From the NCBI GenBank assembly GCA_044507735.1, contig JBIQJB010000020.1:1-40490 (forward strand): 40,490 nucleotides of DNA, read 5' to 3'. The notes below the pieces were generated by a model. It was not told the origin of the DNA. It did no database searches and worked only from the letters and a program-made list of their open reading frames with translations. The position numbers and the translations under genes are program-made. Source of the DNA: Nitrosopumilales archaeon. Its GTDB lineage: Archaea > Thermoproteota > Nitrososphaeria > Nitrososphaerales > Nitrososphaeraceae. This document shows positions 18,500 through 28,067 of the stretch, one piece after another; position 1 is the first letter of the stretch; every line of letters begins with the position of its first letter.

Positions 18500-20395
18500 G
18501 TGCTAGCAGCTCCATTACTGCGGGCCACGGTTCGAAAGGGCAAGATCATGCCTCTGTTCTGTACTCAAGGTCAAGATCAAGAATTGGCGCAGCAGATTCT
18601 CAAGGAATTCCAGGAATCACACAAGGCGCGTGAGAAAAAATCCGAGCTGTATGACAGGATATCTGCAATAGAATCGAGTCATAAGGATTACAAACTAGTA
18701 AGGGGGCTCTGTGCTCTTCTTGAAAGGAGATGTACCTTCAATGCTGCTTCCCAAATCAGTGGCAGCATCCCGGACAATGGCGGCACAGCATTACCTGCAG
18801 GCGGCGGTACTCGTGCTACTGCAATGGCTGTAAACCCAATTGATGTCAGAAGGATGTTGTTCGAAGAGTCGTCCAGGAGAGGGTTTGCGTTGACTGATCT
18901 TGAAAGGGAGAGCATTATCAATTCGATATCGGAAAAGCTGCATGTTTCGTCAGGCGACATCAAGAAGATGATGTGGAGTGATCTGGATGATAATCTGATC
19001 TTTGAACGCTTTGATGATATCGATGCTAAGACTCTGGTTGGCTGGTACAACCTATCGCTCATACAAACCCTACTCTTCAACGCAACAAGAATGGAATTTC
19101 GCGTTTCAGGAGGGACAAACTGGAAGCGAATATTGAGGAATGTAAAGAGGCTCGGGTTGATGTATTATCTGGAAAGCCGCAGCGAACATAGTGACAACAA
19201 GACGAACACCACTTCCCTGGTTTGCACTCTAGAGGGACCTCTTAGCCTCTTCAAGCTAACTGATAGGTATGGGACGTCGCTTGCCAAGCTGCTTCCATCC
19301 ATAGTGCTTCCAAAAGAAAGTGTCAACTGGCAGATAGATGCATGGGTAATCAGAAAGACAATGACGCAAGGAAGGAAGCTATATCAATTCAAAATTTCCA
19401 AAGACGAGCAGGCATCTCTGCATTTGGCAGAACCCTTCTACGCATCAAGAGGCGACGACAACAACAACTACAACAAAGACAGTCAAAAGGCATGGCCGGC
19501 AACTTTAGAGGATCAATATTCCTTTGATAGCCTGGTGGAGGAAAAGTTTGCGCGCAAATTCAATGAAGTAGTAGGAGAGGGAAGTGGGTGGAAGCTTGTA
19601 AGGGAGCCAGACCCTTTGATTGTTGCCGATGGCAAGGCATTCATTCCCGATTTCATGATTGAAAAGTATGGAAGCAGGGTATACCTAGAAATCGTTGGAT
19701 TTTGGACACCCGAATATTTGGAAAGAAAACTCCAGAAGGTAAAGCAGTTTTTTGGAACCCGCAATAACAGCACTGACCGTTACGTAACGAAAAGCGATGC
19801 GACGGTGGCGACAACTGCAATCGATCTCTTTATAGCCATAAATGATGAGCTTGCCGGCTCCAAGATCTCCCCATCTTCTTCACAAGCTACAACTTTCACC
19901 TCTTTGATTCCTGCTGATAGGTTGATCTTTTACAAGAATGACTCTGTCCCCATACGCCCAATTCTTGATCATCTAAAGGATTTGGACAGAGAGATGATCG
20001 ATAGGAAACTCAAAGACCCCAACCTGAGAATAGAAGTGGATCGCTCACTAGATATCGTTCCGCTCAGAGACCTCGCAGACAAGTATGACCTCCCTATCGA
20101 CGTAGTGGTCAAGATTGCTGCAAGAGACCATGGTGACCGGTACATTACTGTCGGCAGCGGAGGAGGGCAGCAGCCACAATACTATTGCCTTGTTTCAAAA
20201 GCCAGGGTCAAGGAGCTTGAATCGCTCCTAAACGGAGTCAAAACTTTCAGCGACGCATGTGCGATTCTTTCAGATAACGGCATCCCGGAGACGTATCATG
20301 CAGAGCTTATTGAAAGACTGGGCTATGAAGTCATTTGGCAGAGCATCGACATCAGCACAGCAGTCATTGAAAAAAGAAAGACGGTGTCAACGTAA
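18500..20395 (+). CDS. bax1: Bax1 endonuclease (DUF790), partner of XPB
   Basis: YKLVRGL..LLER, YNLSLIQTLLF, EGPLSLFK..RYG, DSLVEEKF, REPDPL, IPDF, LEIVGFWTPEYLERKL. Lies 3 bp after xpb. Confidence 0.88.
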   Translation: MLAAPLLRATVRKGKIMPLFCTQGQDQELAQQILKEFQESHKAREKKSELYDRISAIESSHKDYKLVRGLCALLERRCTFNAASQISGSIPDNGGTALPAGGGTRATAMAVNPIDVRRMLFEESSRRGFALTDLERESIINSISEKLHVSSGDIKKMMWSDLDDNLIFERFDDIDAKTLVGWYNLSLIQTLLFNATRMEFRVSGGTNWKRILRNVKRLGLMYYLESRSEHSDNKTNTTSLVCTLEGPLSLFKLTDRYGTSLAKLLPSIVLPKESVNWQIDAWVIRKTMTQGRKLYQFKISKDEQASLHLAEPFYASRGDDNNNYNKDSQKAWPATLEDQYSFDSLVEEKFARKFNEVVGEGSGWKLVREPDPLIVADGKAFIPDFMIEKYGSRVYLEIVGFWTPEYLERKLQKVKQFFGTRNNSTDRYVTKSDATVATTAIDLFIAINDELAGSKISPSSSQATTFTSLIPADRLIFYKNDSVPIRPILDHLKDLDREMIDRKLKDPNLRIEVDRSLDIVPLRDLADKYDLPIDVVVKIAARDHGDRYITVGSGGGQQPQYYCLVSKARVKELESLLNGVKTFSDACAILSDNGIPETYHAELIERLGYEVIWQSIDISTAVIEKRKTVST

Positions 20396-21028
20396 TCGAA
20401 CCCTTGTTAAGGCCCCCTGCGCATCCTGCACAGAGATCAGAAATCATAGGTCAACGCAGGCCTAGCCAGTGTGGGATGGTCCTTACATTTGATCACTCAG
20501 GCAAGAGAATTATGCAGCGTTAGGGTTCCGCTGGCTTGGAGACGTCCGGCGCTGCGATCCGCTTGTCGAATCGCAAACAAGGACGTTCGGTTTTCATGGC
20601 TGATACTAGGTGTGTGCCTTGATTCCAGGGTTGATGACTATGCCCGCACGCTTCTGTAGTAATCCACCATCCTGAGCACCAGTAGGCCGGAAATATCCAG
20701 ACAGGCAGACGATTGTTTGCACTTGCAATTGAAAAGCAGATAACAAGACATTCTTCTGCATGCATCCCGTGATTCTCTGGATATGGGTCTCTCTGTCGGC
20801 ATTGGTCAGGTCCTTCAGTCCAACGCAGAACAAACATCATCTGATGATATTTTGTGCGTCTGTTTAATCTCCCATTGTTGGCTGACAATAAGCGTAGCAT
20901 GTTAGTCATTTTCCATACTTCCAACTAGTGGTTGTTGTCAATTGACACTTTCAAAACTCGTCAGCCTGCAGTTGACGGAAATCAACATCAATAACGATTA
21001 TTAGTTACGTTCACAAATTCCGCCTCAT

Positions 21029-22105
21029 ATGCTCAAGGTAGCAGTCATTGGAGCCACCGGTGCTGTGGGGCAAGAATTCATTATCGCCCTCAACAAGCAC
21101 AAGTGGTTTGAGCTGACACAGGTGGCCGCTTCTGAAAGATCGGCCGGCAAGAAATACATCGATGCCATACGCGATCCGAATTCCGGTATTCTGCGCTGGC
21201 ACAACAGGGAAGAAGTACCCGAGTACGTGAAGGACATGGTTGTTAGCAAGGTTGACGACATAAAGCCGGAGAAATTTGATCTCATATTTACTGCGCTTGA
21301 ATCTGATGATGCCAAAATAGTTGAACCGAAATTCGCCAAGACCACTCCCGTGATCAGCACTGCTGCCGCATTCCGCTATGAAACCGATGTCCCAATACTC
21401 ATACCAGGAGTAAACGACAGTCATGCAGAGCTTTTGAATATTCAGAGGAAGAACCGAGGCTGGAAGGGGTTCGTTGCACCGCTGCCGAATTGCACTACGA
21501 CAGGGATGGCCATTACACTAAAGCCAATCCTCGACAAGTTCGGGATTGAAAAAGTATTCATGACGTCAATGCAGGCCCTGTCAGGCGCAGGAAGGTCGCC
21601 GGGCGTAGTCGCACTCGACATACTGGACAATGTAATCCCATACATTCCAAAGGAGGAGGAAAAAGTGCAGATTGAGACGAAAAAGATCTTGGGCGGATTG
21701 AACAAGGACTCTATTGCATCTGCGCCCCTCAAGGTGAGCTGCACCTGCACCAGGGTCCCGGTCCTAGATGGTCATACCGAGAGCGTCTTTGTAGAGACAG
21801 AACAGACAGCCGAGGCAGAAGAGGTCAAGAAGGAGATGTTGAAATTCTCAAAGAACGTGTCTATAAAGAACCTGCCGACAGCTCCAAAAGACTATATCGT
21901 AGTGCACGACGATCCAACAAGGCCACAGCCGAGGATTGACAGAGAGCTCAACGACGGAATGACAACGGTGGTAGGAAGGCTACGCAAGGACACTGCCTTC
22001 GACAATGGAATAAAATATGTCCTCCTGTCGCACAACGAGAAGATGGGATCGGCCAAGGGTGCCATCCTACTTGCCGAACTCTTGAAGGATCGCAACATCC
22101 TCTAA
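21029..22105 (+). CDS. asd: Aspartate-semialdehyde dehydrogenase (archaeal type)
   Basis: GATGAVGQ, PNCTT catalytic Cys, QALSGAG, RVPVLDGH, RPQPR, SHN. Confidence 0.95.
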   Translation: MLKVAVIGATGAVGQEFIIALNKHKWFELTQVAASERSAGKKYIDAIRDPNSGILRWHNREEVPEYVKDMVVSKVDDIKPEKFDLIFTALESDDAKIVEPKFAKTTPVISTAAAFRYETDVPILIPGVNDSHAELLNIQRKNRGWKGFVAPLPNCTTTGMAITLKPILDKFGIEKVFMTSMQALSGAGRSPGVVALDILDNVIPYIPKEEEKVQIETKKILGGLNKDSIASAPLKVSCTCTRVPVLDGHTESVFVETEQTAEAEEVKKEMLKFSKNVSIKNLPTAPKDYIVVHDDPTRPQPRIDRELNDGMTTVVGRLRKDTAFDNGIKYVLLSHNEKMGSAKGAILLAELLKDRNIL

Positions 22106-22184
22106 ATTTCTTTCTTTAATCTGATAAAGTTGCAATTAATATGGTTTATTAAGCTCCAAATTATTGATCTAACTGAATTCCTGC

Positions 22185-22649
22185 ATGGGAAGAATCGATG
22201 ATCTTGACGTGAAAATTTTGGCCGAGCTTGCCCGTGACGCAAGCATTTCCGTGCCAAAACTTTCGAAAAAGATCAATGTTAATTCTTCTGTGGTCTATAG
22301 TCGGATAAAGCGTCTGGTAAAACGGGGCCTTATCAAGAAATTCACGATCATAATAAACGACGAGGCACTCGGCTTTAGCGTAAGGGCGCTAACAGGCATC
22401 AACATGGACTCCAAGCTAAGGGACAACGTGCTGAACGAGCTCTTCAAGATTCCCGAAGTGAGGGAGGTAGCAGAGGTCACAGGAAGATTCGATGTATTGG
22501 TTACAATGAACGCCCATTCGCTTGACGAGATGCATCAGATTATTTCTGAAAAGATAGGTAGGATAGAGGGCGTGCAAAAGACAGAGACATTTATCGAGAT
22601 GCGCAAGACCAGCCGCGAGCTGGCTTATCCTGCATCTATCGCCAAGTAA
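22185..22649 (+). CDS. Lrp/AsnC family transcriptional regulator
   Basis: DDLDVKIL..L..DA HTH, RIKRL...GLI, VTGRFD RAM domain. Confidence 0.92.
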   Translation: MGRIDDLDVKILAELARDASISVPKLSKKINVNSSVVYSRIKRLVKRGLIKKFTIIINDEALGFSVRALTGINMDSKLRDNVLNELFKIPEVREVAEVTGRFDVLVTMNAHSLDEMHQIISEKIGRIEGVQKTETFIEMRKTSRELAYPASIAK

Positions 22650-22693
22650 TGATATAAATAACAATTAGTTCACTTTACCCTCGCGGTCATCAA

Positions 22694-23584
22694 TTGACGA
22701 CTCACCAGATAACGGCAGGCAACCGGCTCAAAAACTATTATGAGCTCACGAAACCCAAGATCTGGTACCTGCTCGTTTTTACGGCATTTGGAGCAGCTCT
22801 CACTGCGTCATTTCTGTTTGACGAACCAATCGCTCCGTTAACGTGGCTCCTGCTCATTGGCGGAGTGGCAGCCGGATCCGCGGCAGCCGATACGCTGACG
22901 GGATACAACGACAGAGACATTGACGCGATAATGGAGCGCACGAAAGGCAGGCCAATACCCTCTGGAAGAATATCACCGCGGAATGCGCTCGCCTTTGGCC
23001 TCATCCTCGCTGCGATTTCGCTTGTCTGTGCCTGGTTCATCAACATCTGGGCCTTCGGACTAATGGCGTTTGGACTATTTGACAACATTATCGTATACAG
23101 CAAGTGGCTGAAAAGAAGAAGCCAGTCAAATATCATACTTGGCGGCTTCTCCGGCGGAGCTCCGGCGCTGATAGGATATGTGGCTGTAACTACCATGAAC
23201 ATTGAGATCGGCCTGGTGATGGCCGGCCTGGTATTCCTCTGGATACCGACTCACATCTGGAGCCTTGCGCTGCACGTGAAGAAGGATTACACCATTGCAC
23301 GGGTACCGATGCTTCCAGTAGTATCAACCGAAAAGACCTCTGTGCGCGTGATTGCCGGCACCACCTTGATGATGGTTGTGTTTAGCATCCTGCCGTTCTT
23401 TTTCAACCAGTTTGGACTGATCTATCTGATTACTGCAAGTGTGTTTGGAGTCGCGATGGTCGCAATGTCCATCTGGCTCCTTGTAAAGCCCAGCGAAAAG
23501 GCCTCATGGACCGTGTTCAAATTCTCAAGTCCCTACCTGACGGCTCTTTTCATCGCCTTCATGGTGGATGCCTTTTTCAAATAG
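22694..23584 (+). CDS. cyoE: Protoheme IX farnesyltransferase (heme o synthase)
   Basis: LTKPKI, DRDIDAIMERTKGRPIPSG, YSKWLKRR, WIPTHIWSLA, DY...VPMLPV. Confidence 0.94.
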   Translation: MTTHQITAGNRLKNYYELTKPKIWYLLVFTAFGAALTASFLFDEPIAPLTWLLLIGGVAAGSAAADTLTGYNDRDIDAIMERTKGRPIPSGRISPRNALAFGLILAAISLVCAWFINIWAFGLMAFGLFDNIIVYSKWLKRRSQSNIILGGFSGGAPALIGYVAVTTMNIEIGLVMAGLVFLWIPTHIWSLALHVKKDYTIARVPMLPVVSTEKTSVRVIAGTTLMMVVFSILPFFFNQFGLIYLITASVFGVAMVAMSIWLLVKPSEKASWTVFKFSSPYLTALFIAFMVDAFFK

Positions 23585-24277
23585 CAGGATCCGCCTTTCA
23601 CACTCGTACAGCACCCTTGCAACCACCACATGCGCCTCAAGCCCCAGATCACTGATAGAATAGTTCAGGTTCAATAGCGTCCGAGTGGCTTCGGAGAAAT
23701 GTCCTCTCGGAAACCCGCCTATCACGAACGCGCAGTCATCTTTTCCAGAGGACAGATTGTCGGCCACTGCCCTTTCTGCTGTGCTTTGCACTCCTGTGAC
23801 AGACAGGCCGATTACCCTGCCCGGCCTTATCGCGCCAATCAGGTCGGATAGCGTCCCAGCAGAGAGCTCCATTAGCACCGCTCCCTGGTCGCTCTTTATT
23901 ACACCATCCCTGAACAGGTTCACCATCAGTCCTTCAAATCTAAAATACGACTTTGGAATTCGGAGATTATCTGCTATTGCGATCAGCTTGTCGTTTACCG
24001 TATGGACATAGACGCGTAGCATCCCTTTCATAAAGAGCGGCGTCCCAAGTGCTTCCATTAGCGCAAAATGAACAATGTCAGGCCTGCCACGTTTGTTTGC
24101 ATTCTCAAGTTTCTTCATCGCCGCGTGGTGATAGCTCCTATCCAGCAAAGTCTCGGAGGGTTTCAGACCAAGCCTTTGCGCATGGTTCCTTACAGATGCA
24201 TGCCCCAAGATCTCTTGTGGGACGGTCTCCAGCGCAGCTTCGGCGATGATAAGTGTTATCGTACTTCTCGATACCAA
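23525..24277 (-). CDS. nep1: 16S rRNA pseudouridine N1-methyltransferase Nep1/Emg1 (SPOUT)
   Basis: AEAALE, LLD.SYH, RGRPDIVH, RIPK.Y.RF.GL, IGGFPRG. Confidence 0.92.
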   Translation of the reverse strand: MVSRSTITLIIAEAALETVPQEILGHASVRNHAQRLGLKPSETLLDRSYHHAAMKKLENANKRGRPDIVHFALMEALGTPLFMKGMLRVYVHTVNDKLIAIADNLRIPKSYFRFEGLMVNLFRDGVIKSDQGAVLMELSAGTLSDLIGAIRPGRVIGLSVTGVQSTAERAVADNLSSGKDDCAFVIGGFPRGHFSEATRTLLNLNYSISDLGLEAHVVVARVLYECERRILLFEKGIHHEGDEKSRQVGT

Positions 24278-24289
24278 ATGCCCCGTATA

Positions 24290-24703
24290 TTAAGGAGCGT
24301 CGGCGGCGCGTTTGGACAAGATCTCAGATTTTTTAGCGTGCACAAGCTTCTTCAACTCTCCGACGCACCTCCCCAACTCTTTGCTAGCTTCTCTTCTGTC
24401 AGCATTGTTAACAATTATTTCACTGGGGCCGAACTTGGAACTCCCGACTTGGATTGGTATTTTCGAATGCAAGAGCTCGCCCAAAAAATCAAACAGCTCT
24501 GGATAGGTCGCGTTGTTTTCATAAACATAGGTTGTCGTCCCGTCACTGGATAGCGCTTCCTCCTTCAAGAGGAGCGAAAATGTGGGAAGCGAGATCGACT
24601 CAACGATGCGGGCTCCAAGCTGTCCAAGCTCGGAATCATTTCCACTCTTTTTCAGCTGCGAATATTTCCTTGCCATCCGCTCGATCTCGTCTACACTTGT
24701 CAA
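24290..24703 (-). CDS. Hypothetical protein
   Basis: 137-aa ORF with protein-like composition filling the gap, co-oriented with nep1. Confidence 0.7.
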   Translation of the reverse strand: MTSVDEIERMARKYSQLKKSGNDSELGQLGARIVESISLPTFSLLLKEEALSSDGTTTYVYENNATYPELFDFLGELLHSKIPIQVGSSKFGPSEIIVNNADRREASKELGRCVGELKKLVHAKKSEILSKRAADAP

Positions 24704-24740
24704 TGAGGATAATGGTTTGCCAAATTAATTAACAGTTGCA

Positions 24741-25088
24741 GTGTACAGTTTATCTGGAAGATTGGCGTTGGCTGCCCACGTAGTGTCCGCCAAGGCGCAA
24801 GCGAAGGAGATAGCAAGGGAACGAATCAGCATCTTGATACAGAACGCTCTGCACGAAAAGGACCCCGATCTTGCGGCTCAGCAGGCATGGCTGGCCAAAA
24901 AGATAGCGATGCGCTATCGTGTCCGGCTCCCGTACGAGGCGAGGCAGCTCTTTTGCAAAAAGTGCAAGGCGTTTATCGTGCCAGGGAGAAGCGCACGCGT
25001 GAGGGTGGGCAGAGCAAAGACGAGAGCCATCCGCATAACCTGCCTGAGGTGTGGACACACTTACCGAAAGATAATGGCGACGGAATAA
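24741..25088 (+). CDS. rnp4: Ribonuclease P protein subunit Rpp21 (Rpr2)
   Basis: IARERI..L, R.RLP, FCKKC, CLRCG. The true start may be slightly downstream. Confidence 0.9.
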   Translation: MYSLSGRLALAAHVVSAKAQAKEIARERISILIQNALHEKDPDLAAQQAWLAKKIAMRYRVRLPYEARQLFCKKCKAFIVPGRSARVRVGRAKTRAIRITCLRCGHTYRKIMATE

Positions 25089-25127
25089 GGATTTATAAGG
25101 GCTCGAGCAAAAATCCGAGATACCAAT

Positions 25128-25583
25128 ATGGCAAAGGTTTACGATGTTCCGGCTGACGAGCTGATCGCCAAGCTGGCTGAACAATTGAAGAATGACAAGA
25201 AGATACAGGCCCCGGCTTGGTCGGCGTTTGTCAAGACAGGCTCGCACGCCATGCGCATACCACAGAACAAGGACTGGTGGTACACAAGGTGCGCTTCAAT
25301 CTTGCGAAAAGTTTACCTTCACGGCCCTCTTGGAGTTGCAGACCTGAAAGTATCCTATGGTGGCAGGAAGAAGGTCGGATACAACCTGGCCCACCACAGA
25401 GACGCAGGTGGCGCGATCGTCAGGAAGGCCCTGCAGCAGCTAGAGGCTTCTGGTTATATCGTAAAGGTACAGGGCAAGGGCAGGCTGATTTCAAGCGAGG
25501 GCATGAAAAAGATGGACAGGCTTGCTACCGAGATCCACAAGGAGCTGATCAAGGCGGTACCCCAGCTTCAGCGCTATGCGTGA
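25128..25583 (+). CDS. rps19e: 30S ribosomal protein S19e
   Basis: VYDVPA, FVKTG, WWYTRCASILRKVY, YGG, RKALQQLE. Confidence 0.97.
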   Translation: MAKVYDVPADELIAKLAEQLKNDKKIQAPAWSAFVKTGSHAMRIPQNKDWWYTRCASILRKVYLHGPLGVADLKVSYGGRKKVGYNLAHHRDAGGAIVRKALQQLEASGYIVKVQGKGRLISSEGMKKMDRLATEIHKELIKAVPQLQRYA

Positions 25584-25592
25584 TAACACATA

Positions 25593-25889
25593 GTGGCCAT
25601 GTCAGTCCCGCTGCCAAATCAACCAAATGACGAAGAAGCTAGAAGGCGCGAAGCTGAAGCTGCAGCGATGCGCCAGCGTGTGTTGATGGTAGTGCTCGAT
25701 CCACAGGCCCGGCAAAGGCTCATGAACATCAGGATGGTCAAGCCCGACCTCGCGACGGCCGTTGAGAACTATCTTATTAGCGCGGCTTCTTCTGGCAGGA
25801 TAAACAGGCCGCTGAGCGACGAGGAGCTGAAGCAGCTCTTGCTCCGCATCCAGCAGCCAAGAAAAGATTTCAAGATTGAAAGGCGCTGA
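25593..25889 (+). CDS. PDCD5-like double-stranded DNA-binding protein
   Basis: L.P.AR.RL.NI.MVKP.LA..VE..LI, DEELKQLL, FKI.RR. Sits in its usual position after rps19e. Confidence 0.92.
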   Translation: MAMSVPLPNQPNDEEARRREAEAAAMRQRVLMVVLDPQARQRLMNIRMVKPDLATAVENYLISAASSGRINRPLSDEELKQLLLRIQQPRKDFKIERR

Positions 25890-25971
25890 ACGGCAGCAGC
25901 GTATATGTGTGTGTATTTTGCAGGCCGGGAATGAGTTAACTATTTAAGGTCTGGTACGAGCTTTTGGCATA

Positions 25972-27030
25972 ATGAAGGCAGCAGTATTCCGAGAATACAA
26001 TAAAGACCCGACAAAGGTCGTCAAGATTGAAGATATTGACGTTCCTAAGATCAAGCCAAATGAAGTTTTGATAAAAGTTGAAAGTGCGGCATATAACTAC
26101 AATGATCTCTGGGCCATTTGGGGTGAGCCAATCAAGACCCCGCTTCCACACATTTCCGGAAGCGACGCGGCAGGGACAATTGTTGAGGTCGGCTCTGACG
26201 TCCAGAAGCTCAAGGTCGGCGACAGGGTAGTATCGCACTCCAACATGAGCTGCAGGGTCTGTGAGGCATGCACCTCTGGCAGGGAGTACGACTGCAACGA
26301 CCGTACCATCTGGGGATTCCAAACAGGTCCGCTCTGGGGCGGCTTTGCTCAATACACACATCTTCCAGAAGTCAACGTGGTCAAGATCGCGGACAATGTT
26401 TCATTTGACCAGGCTGCCGCAGTCTCTATGGTAGGAATGACCTCGTGGCACATGCTTGTCGGCCGCGCCAAAATAAAACCGGGACAGCTTGTCCTCATAA
26501 TGGGTGGCGGTTCTGGTGTAGGCATGGTAGGCATCCAGATTGCCAAGCTTTACAATTGCACGGTTATTGCAACTGCAGGTAACAAGGACAAGATGGACAA
26601 ATGCCTCCAGCTTGGCGCAGACTATGTGGTCAACCACAGAGAAGCAGACTGGTACAAGAAGGTGCGAGAAATCAACAAGAAGCTCGGGCAATCCGGCGTT
26701 GACGTAGTCTTTGAGCACATCGGCAAGTCAGTCTTCCCGCAGGAAGTTAGCCTTCTCAAGATGGGCGGAACGCTTGTCGCCACTGGCGCTACGACAGGAT
26801 ATGACTCTACGATCGACCTCAGATACCTGTTCTTCAAGGGCACTAACCTGCTTGGCTCGACACAGGGCACCAAGGCAGAGCTTGAAGAAGTAATGTACTG
26901 GGTCAGCAAGGGCAAGATCAACCCGGTGATCGACACAGTCCTGCCATTCTCCGATATGGTGAAGGGCCACGTCATGATGGCAGAGGCCCAGCAGTTCGGC
27001 AAGATACTGACGACTCCACAGAAACTCTAA
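25972..27030 (+). CDS. MDR-family NAD(P)H enoyl-CoA reductase (Ccr-like; candidate acryloyl-CoA reductase)
   Basis: NYN and GSD replace the catalytic-Zn ligands. Structural-Zn C94/C97/C100/C108 retained. IWGFQT, VFEH.G, G.TTGY, D.RY, GS motifs as in Ccr-type reductases. Confidence 0.8.
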   Translation: MKAAVFREYNKDPTKVVKIEDIDVPKIKPNEVLIKVESAAYNYNDLWAIWGEPIKTPLPHISGSDAAGTIVEVGSDVQKLKVGDRVVSHSNMSCRVCEACTSGREYDCNDRTIWGFQTGPLWGGFAQYTHLPEVNVVKIADNVSFDQAAAVSMVGMTSWHMLVGRAKIKPGQLVLIMGGGSGVGMVGIQIAKLYNCTVIATAGNKDKMDKCLQLGADYVVNHREADWYKKVREINKKLGQSGVDVVFEHIGKSVFPQEVSLLKMGGTLVATGATTGYDSTIDLRYLFFKGTNLLGSTQGTKAELEEVMYWVSKGKINPVIDTVLPFSDMVKGHVMMAEAQQFGKILTTPQKL

Positions 27031-27064
27031 ACTATCCCTTCTTTCTTCCCCTTTTTGTCTTCAT

Positions 27065-27928
27065 ATGACGCTATTAAGAAGCCTGATATTTGTACCCGGC
27101 AACAGCACTCGCTTTGTGGAAAAGGCCAAGATGCTTGCAGCCGACATAATTTGCTTTGACCTCGAAGACTCTGTCCCTGTCAATGAAAAAGATGCTGCAA
27201 GAAAGATAATAACCGACGCTATTACGCACCGGCAGGAATACACCAGACCGGTGTACGTGAGGGTAAACTCGCCAGAATCAGGACTGATAGCAGACGACCT
27301 CAAGGCTGCTGTGCGCAAGGGAATCGACGGAATCGTGATCCCCAAAGTCAACCACGCGCAGGAAATGACGAGGATAAAAAAGCAGGTAGCTGTCCTTGAG
27401 AAGAAAAACCGGACCGGCAAGATATCGTTGTTGCCTTCGATCGAAACCGCAAGCGGAGTAGTTAATGCCTACCAGATAGCGAGTGCAGATGACAGGGTGA
27501 ACGCGCTTGTCTTTGGTGTGTTTGACTTTTTGTATGATATGGGGCTCGATTACGACGAAAACGATCCGACCGGTTATGCATTCGCCAGAGCAAAAATTCC
27601 CGTTGATGCGAAGGCTGCCGGCGTACAGGCGATAGACGCAATATGGCAAAAGATTGACGACACCGAGGGTCTTGTCAGAGATGCAACTGCTGCAAAGCGC
27701 CTCGGGTATTCAGGCAAGAGCATAATCCATCCAAGCCAAATAGAGCCCGTGCACAATGTGTTTCAGCCAAGCAAGAACGAAGTTGAATGGGCTAAAAAGG
27801 TGGTGCAGGCCCTGGGAGAGGCGATGGAGAAGGGGCGCGGCAGGGGTGCCGTGCGGCTGGAGGGCAGGATGATCGATGCCGTGCATTACAAACAGGCCAG
27901 GGCCATTCTTGACGCAGCCCAAGGTTGA
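27065..27928 (+). CDS. CitE/HpcH-family CoA-ester lyase (citryl-/malyl-CoA lyase-like)
   Basis: RSLIFVPG, DLEDSV, VRVN, PKV, IETA, FG..D, GK..IHPSQI, A...GRMID. Confidence 0.9.
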   Translation: MTLLRSLIFVPGNSTRFVEKAKMLAADIICFDLEDSVPVNEKDAARKIITDAITHRQEYTRPVYVRVNSPESGLIADDLKAAVRKGIDGIVIPKVNHAQEMTRIKKQVAVLEKKNRTGKISLLPSIETASGVVNAYQIASADDRVNALVFGVFDFLYDMGLDYDENDPTGYAFARAKIPVDAKAAGVQAIDAIWQKIDDTEGLVRDATAAKRLGYSGKSIIHPSQIEPVHNVFQPSKNEVEWAKKVVQALGEAMEKGRGRGAVRLEGRMIDAVHYKQARAILDAAQG

Positions 27929-28067
27929 ATGCTGACTAGTTTTCCATCAGGTATCATCAGCCAGTCAGCAGCAGTAGACGCTTCCGGACTGGAAACGCGG
28001 GAGAGGCGCATATGCGCAGGGCATGTACAAACATTCTAAATATAGCTGGCGCCAACACTGCCTTGGG

